From assembly GCA_003971905.1 (NCBI GenBank), contig RSEE01000037.1:124001-188000 (forward strand): a stretch of DNA of 64,000 bases. The letters run 5' to 3'. The stretch's first letter is position 1, and every line of letters begins with the position of its first letter. This DNA is from Moniliella sp. 'wahieum'. Its lineage: Eukaryota. The position numbers and the translations under genes are program-made. The notes below the pieces were generated by a model. It saw only the letters and a list, made by a program, of their open reading frames with translations. It did not search any database and was not told the origin of the DNA. Positions 63,901 through 64,000 of the stretch are shown here, piece by piece.

Positions 63901-64000
63901 GGGGTGAGAGGGGGTGGTTTAGCCGAGGATAAGGGGGCGGAGGAAGGAACAGTTGGGGTGGGAAAATGGCAAGACGAGCATCGTTAAGCTTGATACTGGA
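57998..64000 (-). CDS. TSC2: Tuberin (Rheb GAP); 5' part outside the window, frameshifted, end approximate
   Basis: Tuberin domain EEDWDLVSYVLAHLPHQL, HILE..., YKRAFLIALQF, EVVIRRPSG; Rap-GAP domain LTRLD.APVLDSKSIAVLFVG..Q....EILSNVYGS.AY, FFHVPTMMP, HDLVHIIWNESG; two likely introns near 58130-58470. Confidence 0.93.

Overview
GC-rich, intron-poor fungal genomic DNA. It is most likely basidiomycete, inferred from the WC-1 architecture (no GATA finger), the 10-finger TFIIIA and GT(A/G)CGT/GTAAG...CTGAC...CAG introns. The left ~17 kb is a nest of transposons: a Gag-like ORF, two CAC-terminated (CACTA/CMC-like) TIR elements with CA duplications, a 368-bp foldback MITE, solo LTRs and Ty3/Gypsy relics. 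The rest is gene-rich: SHMT, a young full-length Ty1/Copia element (identical 230-bp LTRs, ACGAC target-site duplication (TSD)), RPL11, an Msn2/4-like C2H2 factor, White Collar-1, CHO1, SPC24, an intron-containing tRNA-Lys(CTT), TFIIIA, an S53 tripeptidyl peptidase and the 3' part of TSC2. Nearly every conserved gene carries single-base frameshifts, best explained as long-read indel errors, so many CDS ends are approximate. The most interesting signals are: (1) the Copia gag ends in a UAG in frame with pol and followed by a strong hairpin, suggesting readthrough, together with a tRNA-half-like primer-binding site (PBS); (2) a possible alternative first exon giving cytosolic versus mitochondrial SHMT; (3) pervasive period-7 repeats made of a palindromic hexamer plus one base; (4) a tRNA gene in the TFIIIA promoter. 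No database searches were run; all calls come from reading motifs by eye.
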